A DNA stretch of 64,000 nucleotides, taken from Patellaria atrata CBS 101060 (lineage: Eukaryota). The position numbers and the translations under genes are program-made. This document shows positions 39,595 through 51,225 of this stretch, in pieces; position 1 is the first letter of the stretch; every line of letters begins with the position of its first letter. A model generated the notes under the pieces. That model ran no database searches. It had not been told where the DNA came from and saw only the letters and a list, made by a program, of their open reading frames with translations. The stretch is from NCBI GenBank assembly GCA_010093705.1, contig MU006089.1, positions 1,661,561 to 1,725,560 on the forward strand. The letters run 5' to 3'.

Positions 39595-41882
39595 ATGGAA
39601 CATGTAATTGCGGAAGAGCTGGAAATTCCCAAACGAAATCATACTTCTACTCAATCATTAGACACATACCACCGACAGCTCCGTGCTCTAGAGTTTTCAA
39701 ACAAACTTACTGTGGCACGACTACGTAAGTTTCAAAACAAACTTGCTGTGGCACGAGTGCGTAAGTTCATGCTCGAACGCTCTGGATGGTTATGAGCCTT
39801 ACATGTACAATCCCTTTAGGACGCGAGAAATATACTGGTAAGCTGAATAAGCCGGAAAGGGAAACGACGAATGGTTTCCTCACCACTGAGCTGGCCGAAA
39901 CACGCCAGGTCTCTACAACAGGACTGGATCAGGTATTACCGGCCTCTAGTTCCCGTGTATCGAATCTAAACGGTGTTGTCAATCCCTATCTATATGAGCC
40001 ACTACCCTCCACCAGCTCTATTCGAATCATAGAGCTTCTACCAGGACCTCGTTGCAGCCAGATCCAGTGTCTACTCCGCTGCGGAAATGTTGATTCTCCA
40101 GATCTCGCCTTTGAAGCTTTGTCGTACGTTTGGGGTGATGAAAAGCCTCAAGTTGACATCATCTGTGATGGCATGTCTCTAACAATCACACCTAACCTTT
40201 CTACCGCTTTGGAGAGTCTCAGATACATCGATCGTCCAAGGTTTATTTGGGCTGACGCAATCTGCATAAATCAGCTGGATTTGAACGAGCGAGGCCATCA
40301 AGTAAGATTGATGAGAAAAATCTACAAGCGGGCATTCAAGACATTGGTCTGGGTTGGGCTTGATGAATATCTAGAAGCTCCCCTTGCCTTTATTGTTGCA
40401 GAGATCCTCGACGTGTCACTTGAAAAGTTCTATGGTAGCTTAACGGAAGTGTCTTCTGAGACAAAGCTAAGCAAATATCTTAACTCTGCCACTAAAGACA
40501 TTCCTCAGGAGAAACTAGCACACCCTGTATCTAGCAATGGTTGGAAGTCACTTGCGAAATTATTTCAGCTTCCCTGGGTAAGTGATTTCTAAATATAACT
40601 CTTCCTGATGTTCTCATATTTTTTAGAAGGATAACTCACAGTTAACAAGTTCTATCGGTTTTGGGTCATTCAAGAAATCTCACTTTCGTCAAATGCATTT
40701 CTTGTATGGGGTGAAAATTCTACGCCTTGGAGTGACATCGCGGGTGCTTCTCAGTGGTTACGACAATTTGGCTATAAATTCATCGATCAGTATGGTATTC
40801 AAGGCGCATACAATGCGTACTTGATGGATGCATTGACGAACCAGGGAATAGCGTTAACGGCACCACTAACCTTCTTACGGCTCCTTGGCCTCACTCGTCA
40901 ATTTCATGTCACTGACCCAAGAGATAGAATTTTCGCTATTCTTGGGTTGCCCACAGTTGACGCAGATCCTGAAAATGAAGTCTTTTTCATGGAGCCAGAC
41001 TATACTCTAACCCTAAATGAAGTGTACTGGAGGGTCGCCCATGAGATTCTCCAAACCGATGACCAACTTAGGCTTCTATCAGCGGTTCAGCACGGCCCTT
41101 GTATCGGGACTGACCTCCCTTCATGGGTACCACGATGGGACAGGCTATATACTCATGGATTGGCACCATCTGATCCCACTGCGGAGAATCACAGAGCTTC
41201 TCGAGGTCTTCTTCACGATCGTCCGGAGACTCCTCAGTTTCTTTCTCAACTCTTGTCAGTTAAAGGTATCAAAGCTGATGAAGTCATCGGGATGACAGAC
41301 ATTATCGCATATGATGATTTAGCCTTTTTGTCATCTGCATCTGGGATAGAAGAAGATCACTTAGCAAGGAAAATACTTTCTTTCCTCGAAGCCAACTCTA
41401 TCAATCACGAAACTTCTCTCAAGGAGATTTTCTGGACAGTGACCGCAGGAAAGGACTGGTACGGCCTTCTGCTCGAAGATTCTGAGATAGAAGCTCATTT
41501 TGCCGATTTTAGCTCGTACTGGTCACGTACGACCTCAAATATAAGTATGAAACCATCAGAAACCCACGATTCCTTTCATAATACCTCCCCGGCTGTAATA
41601 GAAGAAGTATTTGCCCGATTGAAGGAAACAATTTTCAATGCATGCAACCAGCGCCGTCTATTTCTTACGAAAGGGGGACTTCTGGGCATTGGCCCAGCTT
41701 CAATGTTAAAAGGGGATCATGTCTGCGTCATTCTTGGTGCCATCGTCCCATACATCTTACGACAGGTAGAGGAACAATATCTTTTAGTCGGAGAGTGTTA
41801 CAGCTTTAATCTTATGCATGGCGAAGCCGTGGAGAAATGGCACCATGGAGAGCTAGAAATAGAAAGCATTATTATCAGGTGA
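39595..41882 (+). CDS. HET-domain (HET-6-like) heterokaryon incompatibility protein
   Basis: YEPL..SIRIIEL, FEALSYVWGD, WADAICINQ..ERGHQVRLMRKIY, W-FYRFWVIQE, TDPRDRIFAILGL, LPSWVPRW, YLLVGECY. Introns 39725 (or 39761)-39819 and 40578-40649. Confidence 0.9.
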
Positions 41883-42733
41883 TGCTGGATTTCGCGTTCA
41901 CCATGCTCCACTTCTTACAGGGAGATTTCCTAATTTTCGGTTTCTCTAGCTCGATTGGCTTGGGTTATCTGGATCATACAGTTCAATGATGAGCGAGATT
42001 CCTTTGATTTAAAACAGGTAAGATCCCCTAGAGCTAGGTCCTATTCGAGGCTACGATGGGTGATGAGTTACTTTCAACCGCATTTCAATCCTTCCAGAGC
42101 AGCAATCTAGAGTTCAAACCCCAATAATGAGGCCCTCGTCTGAAATCTAACTGTGGGTCTAGTTCATATTTTAGGGAATACGTCCCATGTAGGTCGCTAC
42201 TACCAAGTATCTGGCTTCTTTTTATTCCTTTATTCCATTTATTTAAGCATCATCTCTACTTCTTACCCGACTGGTCCTTCGAGTAACCTCGGAAGTTCTT
42301 TCAACTATCTCTTCCCTAGAGTATGCAATACTCGTAATACCGAATGTGGAGAACTTTGAATTCGCTCTATTTCTCCGAACATGTGTCCTATGGAGCTAGT
42401 CCATCACCCCTAAGCGAGCAAGTATCCAACTGCAACCCTTATTCATAGGAATCTCGTTCCTCCTAAACTGTCGAGTTATTCCCACAAAAGGATACCCCTC
42501 ATAGTTGATCCCATGCTAGATTTAGTGTCACGGATCAGGAAGTTCCAGCTGTTCGAGAGGCGAAAGTGAGGGGTATAGCTAGCATCCGAGGCGCAGAGGT
42601 ACTACACAATGATGTAAAGGTGCGGTATCAGGACAGTGTGTAATTCAAGTACTCTATTACGCCGGCATTGACTTTTTTTATATGTATCCCTTTGATTTCT
42701 TTCACGTCCATCTCCATACTCTTATTACTACCA

Positions 42734-44022
42734 ATGGTGTCTCCAAAACTCCCGGATTTTGACGATCTTCCACCCGTTAAAGACCTACCTCAAGGTTGCG
42801 CATGGGGTATCTTTGATAAAGATGGGAAGAGAGATGTATTTGGAACGCTGAATCTGCTGACCCCAAAGGTTGTTAAGGAAGCTGCGACAGAAGTAAAGGA
42901 AGGTGTTTCAATATCGTTGAAGTACGTATCGGTACGGATTGAGATATTGGTTCGAGAATCTCACCCGATACGTTCATAGTTGGCCTATTGGAGCAATAAA
43001 GACACCAGGGTTCGACCGGAAGGGTCTTGTCCATAAAGTTCTCAACTTCGAAGACGAACCGTATAATATATTCGGATTTGATGAAGAGGTCGTTAACAGA
43101 CAATTCAGCCCAATTGTTGGAGTGCTAATTTCTCCAGTAGGTCGAATTCAATACGCAGTGTAGCACCCAATGGGATAGTTTGTGTACGTCAAAGAAAGAA
43201 CATCAAGACACGAATAGCTCTCATCTTCAACAGGTCACTTCGGCCACCAAGGATCGAAGTTGAACTATAATGGAATTAAAGCATCCGTCCAGTCCTTGAA
43301 GCAAGAATTTGGCTCTGAAGATAAGGAAAAGTCCTTACCAACTCTTAACCGTGCGTCACTCCATAAACTACCAGAAATAGCCCCCTTTAACACCCCTCAG
43401 ACTGGCACGACCGAGGTGGTCTCGTTGCTCGTGGCGTCCTCGTCGACTACAAAGCCTACGCCGACGCCAACGGCATAACCTACGACCCCTTCGCTGATAG
43501 CCACACCATCACCGTCGCAGATCTCGAGAAAATCGCCAAGCAGCAAAACGTCACTTTTCGTCAGGGTGACATCCTCATCGTGCGCTCTGGCTTCACAGAG
43601 GCACTGGAAAAGATGTCTGCAGAGCAGCAGACCGAGGCATTAGCTAAGCATCGGTATTGCGGCGTCGAGGGCTCCCAAGCTACGGCCCGTTGGGTCTGGA
43701 ATCAGCATTTTGCGGCGGTGGCGGGTGATGCGATGGCGTTTGAGAGGACGCCGGCGATTGTGAATGGGGAGGAGAGAGGGATTGCGGGTTTAGGTAGGGT
43801 TTATACGTCCTTTTGGTCAGGGTTTGGAATTTGCTGATCGCTTTAGTATTGCATCCGTACTTCCTCAGTTTGTTCGGTCTTCCTATTGGTGAGTTGTGGG
43901 ACCTGAAGGCCTTGTCGGAGTACTGTGCGAAGAAGAAAAGGTACACGTTCATGCTCACGTCTGTGCCGTTGAATATAGGGGGTCTTGTTGGAAGTCCGTC
44001 AAATGCTTTGGCTATTTTCTGA
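42734..44022 (+). CDS. Putative cyclase family (kynurenine-formamidase-like) metal-dependent hydrolase
   Basis: GCAWGIFD, GTLNLLTP, EFNTQCSTQWDSL, WHDRGGLVARGVLVDY, GDILIVRSG, AVAGDAMAFE, GLPIGELWDL, GSPSNALAIF. Several short introns. Confidence 0.88.
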
Positions 44023-44170
44023 TTTGGGAAGAGGACATTCGAATTTTATTTCAGGTGCATATCACGCTTAGTGTAGAAGAAAAGTACCAATACCCGATAA
44101 ACTCATATACCTACACGCTAAGTAATCTCCGAAACTATCTAAGCGCCTATGAAGTCTTGATATACCGAAC

Positions 44171-45267
44171 CTATGCTACCTCTAAACTCTTCTCAACACC
44201 TCCGCCCCGAAAGCTGGAAAATTCAACCACAGCCGCCTCCCACTCGTCTCGCTTATTTTCTTTGAACCACTTCCGACGACCCCAGTCGCAAACCCCATCC
44301 AATAGCGCATCGCGAAGGTCGCAGTACTCGGGATGGCGGTAGGCCTCGCGAATCGCTGGTAGCAACTCCACTTTCCAGACTTCGTTGTCTTTCCAAAGAT
44401 GGCTCCGGAGCTTCTCGAGACTGACAGTCGCTAGGGAGGGAATGGTAAAGCGGTGAGCAGCGCAGTGAATTTGGGTGTGGTGAACTAGGGGAGATGGATA
44501 TGCGCGCTGGGAGTGCTCGTTCGGGTTAGTGCTAGAGGTATTTGAGATGTTGGAGGACCTGAGGATCCCAGCGTCACTAGAAGAGGGGGTCGGGATAATG
44601 TGAGAGGAACTTGTCGTGGGGGATGGAGAACGAAATAGAGTTTCCTCGTCGGAGCTTTCTTTAACGTGGCCTCCCTCCGTGACGGTTCCGGTTTCGGATG
44701 TGGTCTCACTGTCTTCAGCTCTATCGTAGTCGTGGTCGTCATTATATTCAGTTGAGCCGATGAACACTTCGCCAGTCTTGTCTGCATAATTGAGCGTGTA
44801 AAGGAAATTGAGGATGGAAGCGATGATTTGGCTTTCTTCCCCAGGTTCTGTCCAGATCTTCATGGGTATAAATGGACATGACTACGTTCGTCAGAACTTG
44901 GATTGAAAGTGCTGTGATAATGTGTACTACGTGAAATTACGTACATAATCTTTTCTGTCACCTATGGTTTTCTGGCACTTTTCCGCAAACCACGCTGATC
45001 GCGAGCAGACGATGGCACGATGAACGAGGAATCTATCCGACCCACAAATAACAGTGAGGTCAGAATATTTGTTCTCCTCGGCGAGACTAGCAGTAGTATT
45101 AGCGGGATATGGAGGGAGGTTGAATGATGAAGCATTGATACTTACCTGACTATTCCATCATACAGAGCCATATATGAAGGGGTAATCTTCGTATAATTCT
45201 CGCCTTGAAAGCCATGAGGCTTAATATTCCTTTCTTTCTCTTTGGGTTTGCTGTTATATTGACCCAT
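44171..45267 (-). CDS. BTB/POZ-domain protein with N-terminal myristoylation consensus
   Basis: Exon 1 begins MGQYNSK, exon 2 reads KYSDLTVICGSDRFLVHRAIVCSRSAWF, exon 3 has ILNFLYTLNY and IHCAAHRFTIPSL. Two introns restore a continuous frame. Confidence 0.82.
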
Positions 45268-47022
45268 TCTGACTTCTAAGTTAAATTTAGAAGTCAGAAC
45301 ATTCCATAACAAAACCCACAGAATTCTGTGGAGAAATTCGACGGATTCTAAGAGTTCGCTCGATTACTTCCAAATCTTTTGCGATATTGCTGCCTGTAGG
45401 GCCTCGCACGCCTCTGGTAGGCACCAAAAGTGGAATAGCGCGACTTGGCAAGAAATTGAAAGAAAATTTAAGAACAACTTTACGTTCAGATATATGATGG
45501 TACTAGATGTGATCACATCAGAACACAGATATTTACTTACTGTACGTGTCTAGGTACTAGTACAACCTAAAGCTTGTTGAGCAGAACCCGGGAACCCATG
45601 GTAATTGTGGTTATCATCTCAACTTGATTGAATCACACAACGCTGGTAGCCATTAAAACTTGGACATTTGAACCAGACTACGAATCGCGTATCTGACAGT
45701 AGAGATTCAAGCTTTGTTTGTTTTCCTGGAGATTGCGTTCAGTAAACTCCGGATTCCGGGTGGCCTTCGAATAACCTAGTAGATGGAAGAATGTCCTGTT
45801 TACAATTTGGGATAATATCCCAAATTGATCGGATTGAACTACTTCAACCCTGAGGTATGAACTTTCATGCCGAGGGGTATGCTGTCAAATCGTGCGCCAA
45901 ATATAGCTTTCAGAACTCGCTCAAAAGGTCGGCGACTGGATTATCTTCAATCTCAGAGCAGTGTTACGTCGCGTAATATCCTGATATTGTACCAGAGACG
46001 AGAGTTTGTCCCTGCTAGAATTTTACTGACCAACTCGACGCGTCTGAAGACAAGACGTCAACTTACTCTACGGTAATTCGGAAAGATGAAGAAGGGAAGT
46101 GCTTCAATGACCAACACACCTTATTTTACATTATGCAAACTACTCTAAAGAGCGTAAGGAAATGAAGAGGCAACTAAGATCAAAGCTAACAATGGTAAAG
46201 CTTTTTTGCACAAAGTTAGGCAAACAGGTGTTATTTAAGTATATAGCAAGAACTCAAATCTCTACTGCCAGATGGCTAATGCACGCAGGAGATGTAGATA
46301 GAGTAGAAGTGTAGAGTCTACAGAAGGTAACAAGATGTATGGCATAGAACTGGAAATAGAAAAGAGACGGTAAAGAGGAATAAAGATAGTTTTCCAACAA
46401 TTTCCTTTGTATGGAGTTTAAACGTACTAACTTTCATTTACATATAAAATATTAGTGGGTTAAGCTACTGAAGACTTCACTATGCTAGCATATAAGAGCC
46501 CTGAAAAGGGATTTATGTATATATGGAGTTGCGCCATAACTTGAAGGCTGCATGTGCAGTCTTGTAGATAATGAAATACAATGGAATTAAAAAAAAAAAC
46601 GTCAAAATTGACGCGATATCCCTAACTTAAACAAGCTAGTCTAATTTAATTCTAGCATTAGATGGGTGAGGGTTTAGCTTGAAGGGGCTTAACTTCAACA
46701 TGATAGTCTCAACATCAGACTCACACCTCATTTGAACTCACTTCAGGAGCAATTTTTCCCTGATGACCCCTTTTGAGTTCTTCAACTCGATGGAAAGGGT
46801 GGAATTAAAAGAACTAGAACCAAATCCTCACATCACTACGCTCTCATATTAGAACTGCATAATTTACCTGTCAAGAAAAGAATCATTATCATTCCCCTAC
46901 TTCAAATTCTAGATTCAAGAAGGAACATTGTACCGGGTCGATTCCGAGTTCCTATTTGTTGTCGTCGCCGAAATACGCCGAGATGAGCACCTCTCCGCGT
47001 CCTAGAGGCTTTCTTCCCAGCG

Positions 47023-48006
47023 AATGCAGTACTTAGAGAGAGTCGGTTGATGATGATTGCTCCATTACCATGAAATACAACGGTGTTCTCTTTGAAATCC
47101 TTCTCTCAAAGGACTCCGGAATGCTCAATAGAACGCGAATATCTTGACGACATCCATACATTAACGGCAGAAGGTGAATACGACCAGAACGATGTATTTT
47201 ATGAGCTTGGCTACCTTCTAGAGGAGGAACTGCAACCCTGCTATAAACGATATGCTAGAGAGAGCAATCCTTACTGGACAATAAAGAATCATCTATTTCC
47301 GCCGAAAGTCTATTTACAAATGTCGACAATTGGGGGAAAGTGTGCCTTTACCCCAACGACTTGTCAAGAAGAAGACCAAGAAAGAGGAGGAATTTATCGG
47401 ATTTCGTTTGGAGGGAGAACTTGACGACCTTCCTCGTTTCGAATGGCCACAAATACGGGTAATAAGAGTTTAAAAAACAGCTTCTTGGTTGATGTTTGTA
47501 AAGTCAAGGCCAATGGTTCAGTGATGTGTGCTAAGTTTCTCAACTGCCAATCTGAGTTCTTCTAGAAGACTATCAGACACGAGGTTATGATCACGTCGCA
47601 GTTGAGTTAGGTCCAAACGCCAAATCGAATCTCAGTGCCCGCACTTTAAAGGATTATTGTGTCAGAGCACGGCCTTAGAGTTGGCTTCCTCATGGACTTT
47701 GTGCAGATGCACACAAAATATCCCTCGTTGAAAATAAGAACCCCAGCCATGGTCCCGTTAGAGCAAAGGAAGATCTGGTTCGCAGAACTTGAACGTATAG
47801 CGGATGCCGTCCATGAGCAAGGGCTGGTGTGGGGAGACATCAAACCGCCCAACGTTCTCATTGACAAATGTTATAAAATATGGGGCATTGATTTTGGAGG
47901 ATTGTGGCCCCACGGATTTGTTGAGGAAGAGCTAGCGGAGACATTGGTAGGTGATTTCCAAGGCCTAGGTCGAATTCGTGAGTTCCTCCAGATTGATCAA
48001 GCTTAG
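47023..48006 (+). pseudogene. Degenerate fungal protein-kinase-like gene
   Basis: C-terminal piece VHEQGLVWGDIKPPNVLID..WGIDFGG resembles the catalytic loop and DFG. Upstream pieces (47083-47424 etc.) are broken by frameshifts and stops. Confidence 0.7.
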
Positions 48007-48210
48007 GGATAATCTTCGTAGAAGGGCGATCACAGTTTTACCGCAATGATCGAAGGTTTTCGACAACTAGAGATTTACTATAGTACTGAGAAACCTATCC
48101 AGGACATCCACTTTGCTTACATTCCTTGCCAATATGTCTCAACATTGAGTGGCATAATAGTATGCTGTTTCTTGCACAGGTGCTAAATGGTATCTTGCTG
48201 CACCTGCGCA

Positions 48211-49260
48211 TCAAATTCTATCTATTTCTCCTTTATCTCCCCCGTATAGCCGGTCTCGGGCTGGATCATTCTCGGCCTCGTCCATGAGCGACGCAATAAG
48301 AGCAGGGTCGCCATAAGTGATTGGTTGGTGACCATTTAGCGACGAACGCACCGAGAATTCAGCGAAGCAACAAAGCAAGAACAATGATACCATGAGAATA
48401 GCTAACAGCAAGAGATTCGACGTAATGAATATGTTAAAGGTCACCGCCAAGCCGAAAGTCCATTGCACGACGGATTTGAAGACGTACAGTGCAATTGTTC
48501 TCCGGTCTGTCAACGCTTCTTTTATACCGCTTGTATCGGCAGCAACGCCACTCTTCGTACTAGCTTTGCGCCATGTGTGTTCATCGCGGCGAACGTTAAA
48601 AATAAGTTCCGCACAATGAAGCGCTAACGTTAGGAGTGCCTGCATCATTGACTGAATGATTACCGCTAGCCAATCCCAACGGTTCACTTCTACTACAACG
48701 CCGTACATAATTTGGTACTGGCTGATGAACTTCCAATATGACATAGAATCACCTCGACCTGAACTTGACCCAACATACTTGTCGTTGGGGCTTGAATGAC
48801 GGATGGCTAGTACCAGGAGAGTTACTGTAAAGACGAAAAATATCAGGAAAAGCGGCCATAAAACGGTAGTCACCATTTTGAGTTCCGGTATAACTGTTCT
48901 CGCGCAGTCCTGATGCACCTTTGGTAACATTATCTGATTCGTCGCAGCGTTCGCTAGGGAAAAATGGTCATTGCGTTTGAGGATTGTCAAGCTATAGCCA
49001 GATAGCATGTTGTCTCCGTCTAAATGTTGGTAGATTGAACGTGTATGATCCTCGGAGTCTCTTCAGTTTCTATGGAGATTTGGTACAGCAAGTTCCTATG
49101 GCCATTCGAGCTCTTTTCCACACCGAGACAGGAAGCAGTTGTTCATTAGCTTCTCCGCGAAAGGGGTTCGAAAAGAGTTTCCACATGCCGTGTAAATCGT
49201 TCGAGTCAATATGCATTCGATGGCTCAGATTCCAAAGGTTTGAGTATGCTAAAAGCATAC
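48211..49260 (-). pseudogene. Truncated multi-TM fungal membrane protein of unknown function
   Basis: 265-aa frame with several hydrophobic helices (LTLALHCAELIFNVRRDEHTWRKAS, GHQPITYGD) and a disrupted upstream portion. Confidence 0.5.
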
Positions 49261-49585
49261 CTTAATTTTTAACTACGGTATTCAACAAAACTGTCATCGA
49301 TAACACCTACCCTTAAAAATCCAAAGGTTCGAATCTGCATCGCAGCTTCCACTACTTCTCATAACAACTTCACCTTACTATGTCGCCCTATAAATTCACT
49401 TCTTCCCTTCTTAAGGGTTTTACTAATCACGTATCATCTACTCAACTCAACAGATTCATATACTTAGCAACAATGACACAGTTAAAGTTTTTCACATCGG
49501 CCTGGGTACACAATTGGTCGCACCGCTACATCCACCAACACGTTCGTTCATAGAATGTTTAAGAGATACATATCAACCATTACCC

Positions 49586-49883
49586 ATGAGACAGAGTCTC
49601 TATTCCCGTTTTCTAAAAGTATAACTACACTCATTCCGCCTTGTGAATACCGTTAACTTCTTACTAGGCGGCAAGAAAAAGCACCTTTAGTAACCTCTTC
49701 ACGATCGGTTCGCTCGTAGCCATTGCATACACGACTTACAAAGTTGAAAGTAAAGTCGAAGAGCGCTTCAAGGCCGTCAACGAAAGCATACACATGCTGC
49801 GAGACCTGCTCAATAATTCTCAAAATCGAATCAAATCTATGCAAGCCAGTTTGGACTCACATGTGAAAAATGTGACCAGATGA
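49586..49883 (+). CDS. Unannotated spliced small protein (82 aa): basic N-terminus, TM helix, coiled coil
   Basis: Exons 49586-49618 and 49668-49883 joined by a GTATAA..GTTAAC..TAG intron give MRQSLYSRFLKAARKSTFSNLFTIGSLVAIAYTTYKVESKVEERFKAVNESIHMLRDLLNNSQNRIKSMQASLDSHVKNVTR. Confidence 0.5.
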
Positions 49884-51225
49884 GCGGGTATGTAGAGCTA
49901 TGTAGAGCTATGTATCCCTTTTCTATCATTTACTAATAAGACTTACCTATAGGAAGCCCCATGAAAAGGTTGTCAAAGTAGTTGAAGAGAGGGAGATCAC
50001 GAAGGCTTGAATGGTTGACAAGGGTGTACGGTTCAGCGGAGGCAATGTTTAGTCCGAAGGAGCCGTTACTCCGACGTTAGATATAAGGAATTTCTGTGAT
50101 CACCTCTTTCGGGATATAGAGTTTTCCAGTTAGCATAAGCGATAGTGCTAAGGCTTAACAGCGATGAATAAACAGTGGAGAGAATCTGGTGTTTTAGGTT
50201 TCCTCAATCACCAGGAGAATCAAAACAACTGTCGTATAGGTACCTGTACCCGTTGACGAACCCCATATTACGTGTGGAGCCTATCATTCTCTCCCTGATA
50301 TTCGTTGAATGGCTAACAAAGTATCCTAAGGATAGAAACGACGATCATCGAGCATATATGTTGCAAGAATGTAGTACAGTTTGTGTCGGATAGAACTTAT
50401 GATAATTGCTAAAAGGGGTTCTACGAAGTCATTCGGCAACTTAGTCCCATGAGTTCGCTATATAATGGGTGCTCTTTGGACTAGAAGTTCCGTCTCACTT
50501 CATTAATTCTTCCTTTGCTAAGTCAGTTGAAGATCCAGGATGATGAAGTACTCTGTCTTCTTCCTACGCAGTGCCTTCCTGGCCCAAACTTCTTTTGCCT
50601 CGTCCTATCCAAAGAGCCTTCTTTATGCATCAAAGGGTGTTGTGGCCACAAGTTAGAGATACCGTCTGCCACTCTCTTCTTCTCTGCGGTTCACTCTCAA
50701 CTTCTGCTCCAATATGTTTCCGTCCTCTTACCCATTGAAAAGCCGTCAATCCCATGTTGTCCATGTGAACCAGAGGTTGTGGAGATAGTGAATATCACTA
50801 CAAAAATATTTTCCAGATGACGAATCAAGCTCTATTTCAGTAAAGTGGATATCGTTTTTTTTTTAGCTCTTCTAACATGCACCTAGCACACGGTCCTACC
50901 AACGAAGTGCTTCCTCAGTACGAAATGAGAGACGGTCCATGTTATCGCTTTCATGGGTCAATGGTGTGCTACCCGCACTGGAAAACCCAGGAGATTTGAG
51001 ATATCAACGTTGACTTGGAATAATATGGTCTTAGGAGTCCCTCATCGCTAGTTAGATAATATTACTTCCAGCCGTCGGATCGTAAAGTGTAAGGTAGAGG
51101 CGAACTTTGGCTCCCCTAGATTTGGTCATCTCGACTTTCGTCTCGCTATTTTGTATTGTGGCCACTAAGTTACACTTGTATTAACGCGAATATAAGGGCT
51201 CATCTTGGATGTTCCATTTTCGGTC

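Noticed and set aside
45400..46900. AT-rich spacer as a RIP-degraded transposon
   Set aside because: No transposase or RT motif, TIR or LTR could be identified by eye.
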